64,000 nucleotides of DNA, from NCBI RefSeq assembly GCF_009914755.1, contig NC_060928.1. One strand, given 5' to 3'. Within the stretch, counting starts at the first letter, position 1; each line of letters begins with the position of its first letter. Made by a program: the position numbers and the translations under genes. The stretch is from the human T2T-CHM13v2.0 reference genome, Homo sapiens. This document shows, piece after piece, positions 63,505 through 64,000 of the stretch. The notes beneath the pieces were generated by a model that saw only the letters and a list, made by a program, of their open reading frames with translations, had not been told where the DNA came from and did not search any database.

Positions 63505-64000
63505 CTAGCACATACATGAATGGACAATACTCTTACTGGCCAACGTCCACTTTTCCTCAAAATCTAGTGGACATGTCATGTCTTGAAAGCACTGGACAAA
63601 TCCTTAGGAAAATAAGCTCCTCTTCAAACCCCATTATTCTATATTCCAGAATTCTACAAGGAATTCCAGTCTGTATGATTCTACAATCTCACACTGTACT
63701 GTCCCTGTTATAGCAGTCATTACATTACACTGAAATTTTTTATGACTGTCTTCCCTAGTAGAAATGATCATCTTTATCAGGAGGTGGCAGATCAGGGACC
63801 ATGTAGTCGCTTCATTCTTTTTTTCATGGTCTAACATGACGCCTACTACATGCAGTAGATGCTCCAACACTGCTTATAGAATGAATGAGTTTATGTTAAA
63901 ACAAATGTAAACAGTAATTACAGAATATGGAAAAGATCTCCCTCCTTAAACTTCCAAAGACATGCCACGTGATGCAATATTATTTTGCTCAAGAAGACTT

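Overview
Primate (human-like) genomic DNA. Bases 1-~14.3 kb hold the 5' end of DHX15 (DEAH-box RNA helicase, Prp43 orthologue) on the minus strand. Coding exons 1-3 (14021-14091, 5949-6384, 348-541; codons 1-234) have canonical GT-AG sites and a continuous frame, and there is a CpG-island promoter. The remaining ~50 kb upstream has no recognisable host gene and is almost entirely transposable-element derived. Its main structure is a ~22 kb nest (19304-41582): an LTR16/ERVL provirus interrupted by L1M elements, then an ERV1 provirus, whose 5' LTR holds an Alu, which holds an LTR12. The most unusual items are: an ERV1 provirus ending in an inverted U3 LTR yet flanked by one 4-bp TSD; an LTR2 carrying an internal env fragment; several fold-back or templated-insertion junctions; and a candidate poison exon in DHX15 intron 2. 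Repeat subfamily names come from recognition of consensus sequences and need RepeatMasker/Dfam confirmation. I found no evidence of a new protein-coding system.
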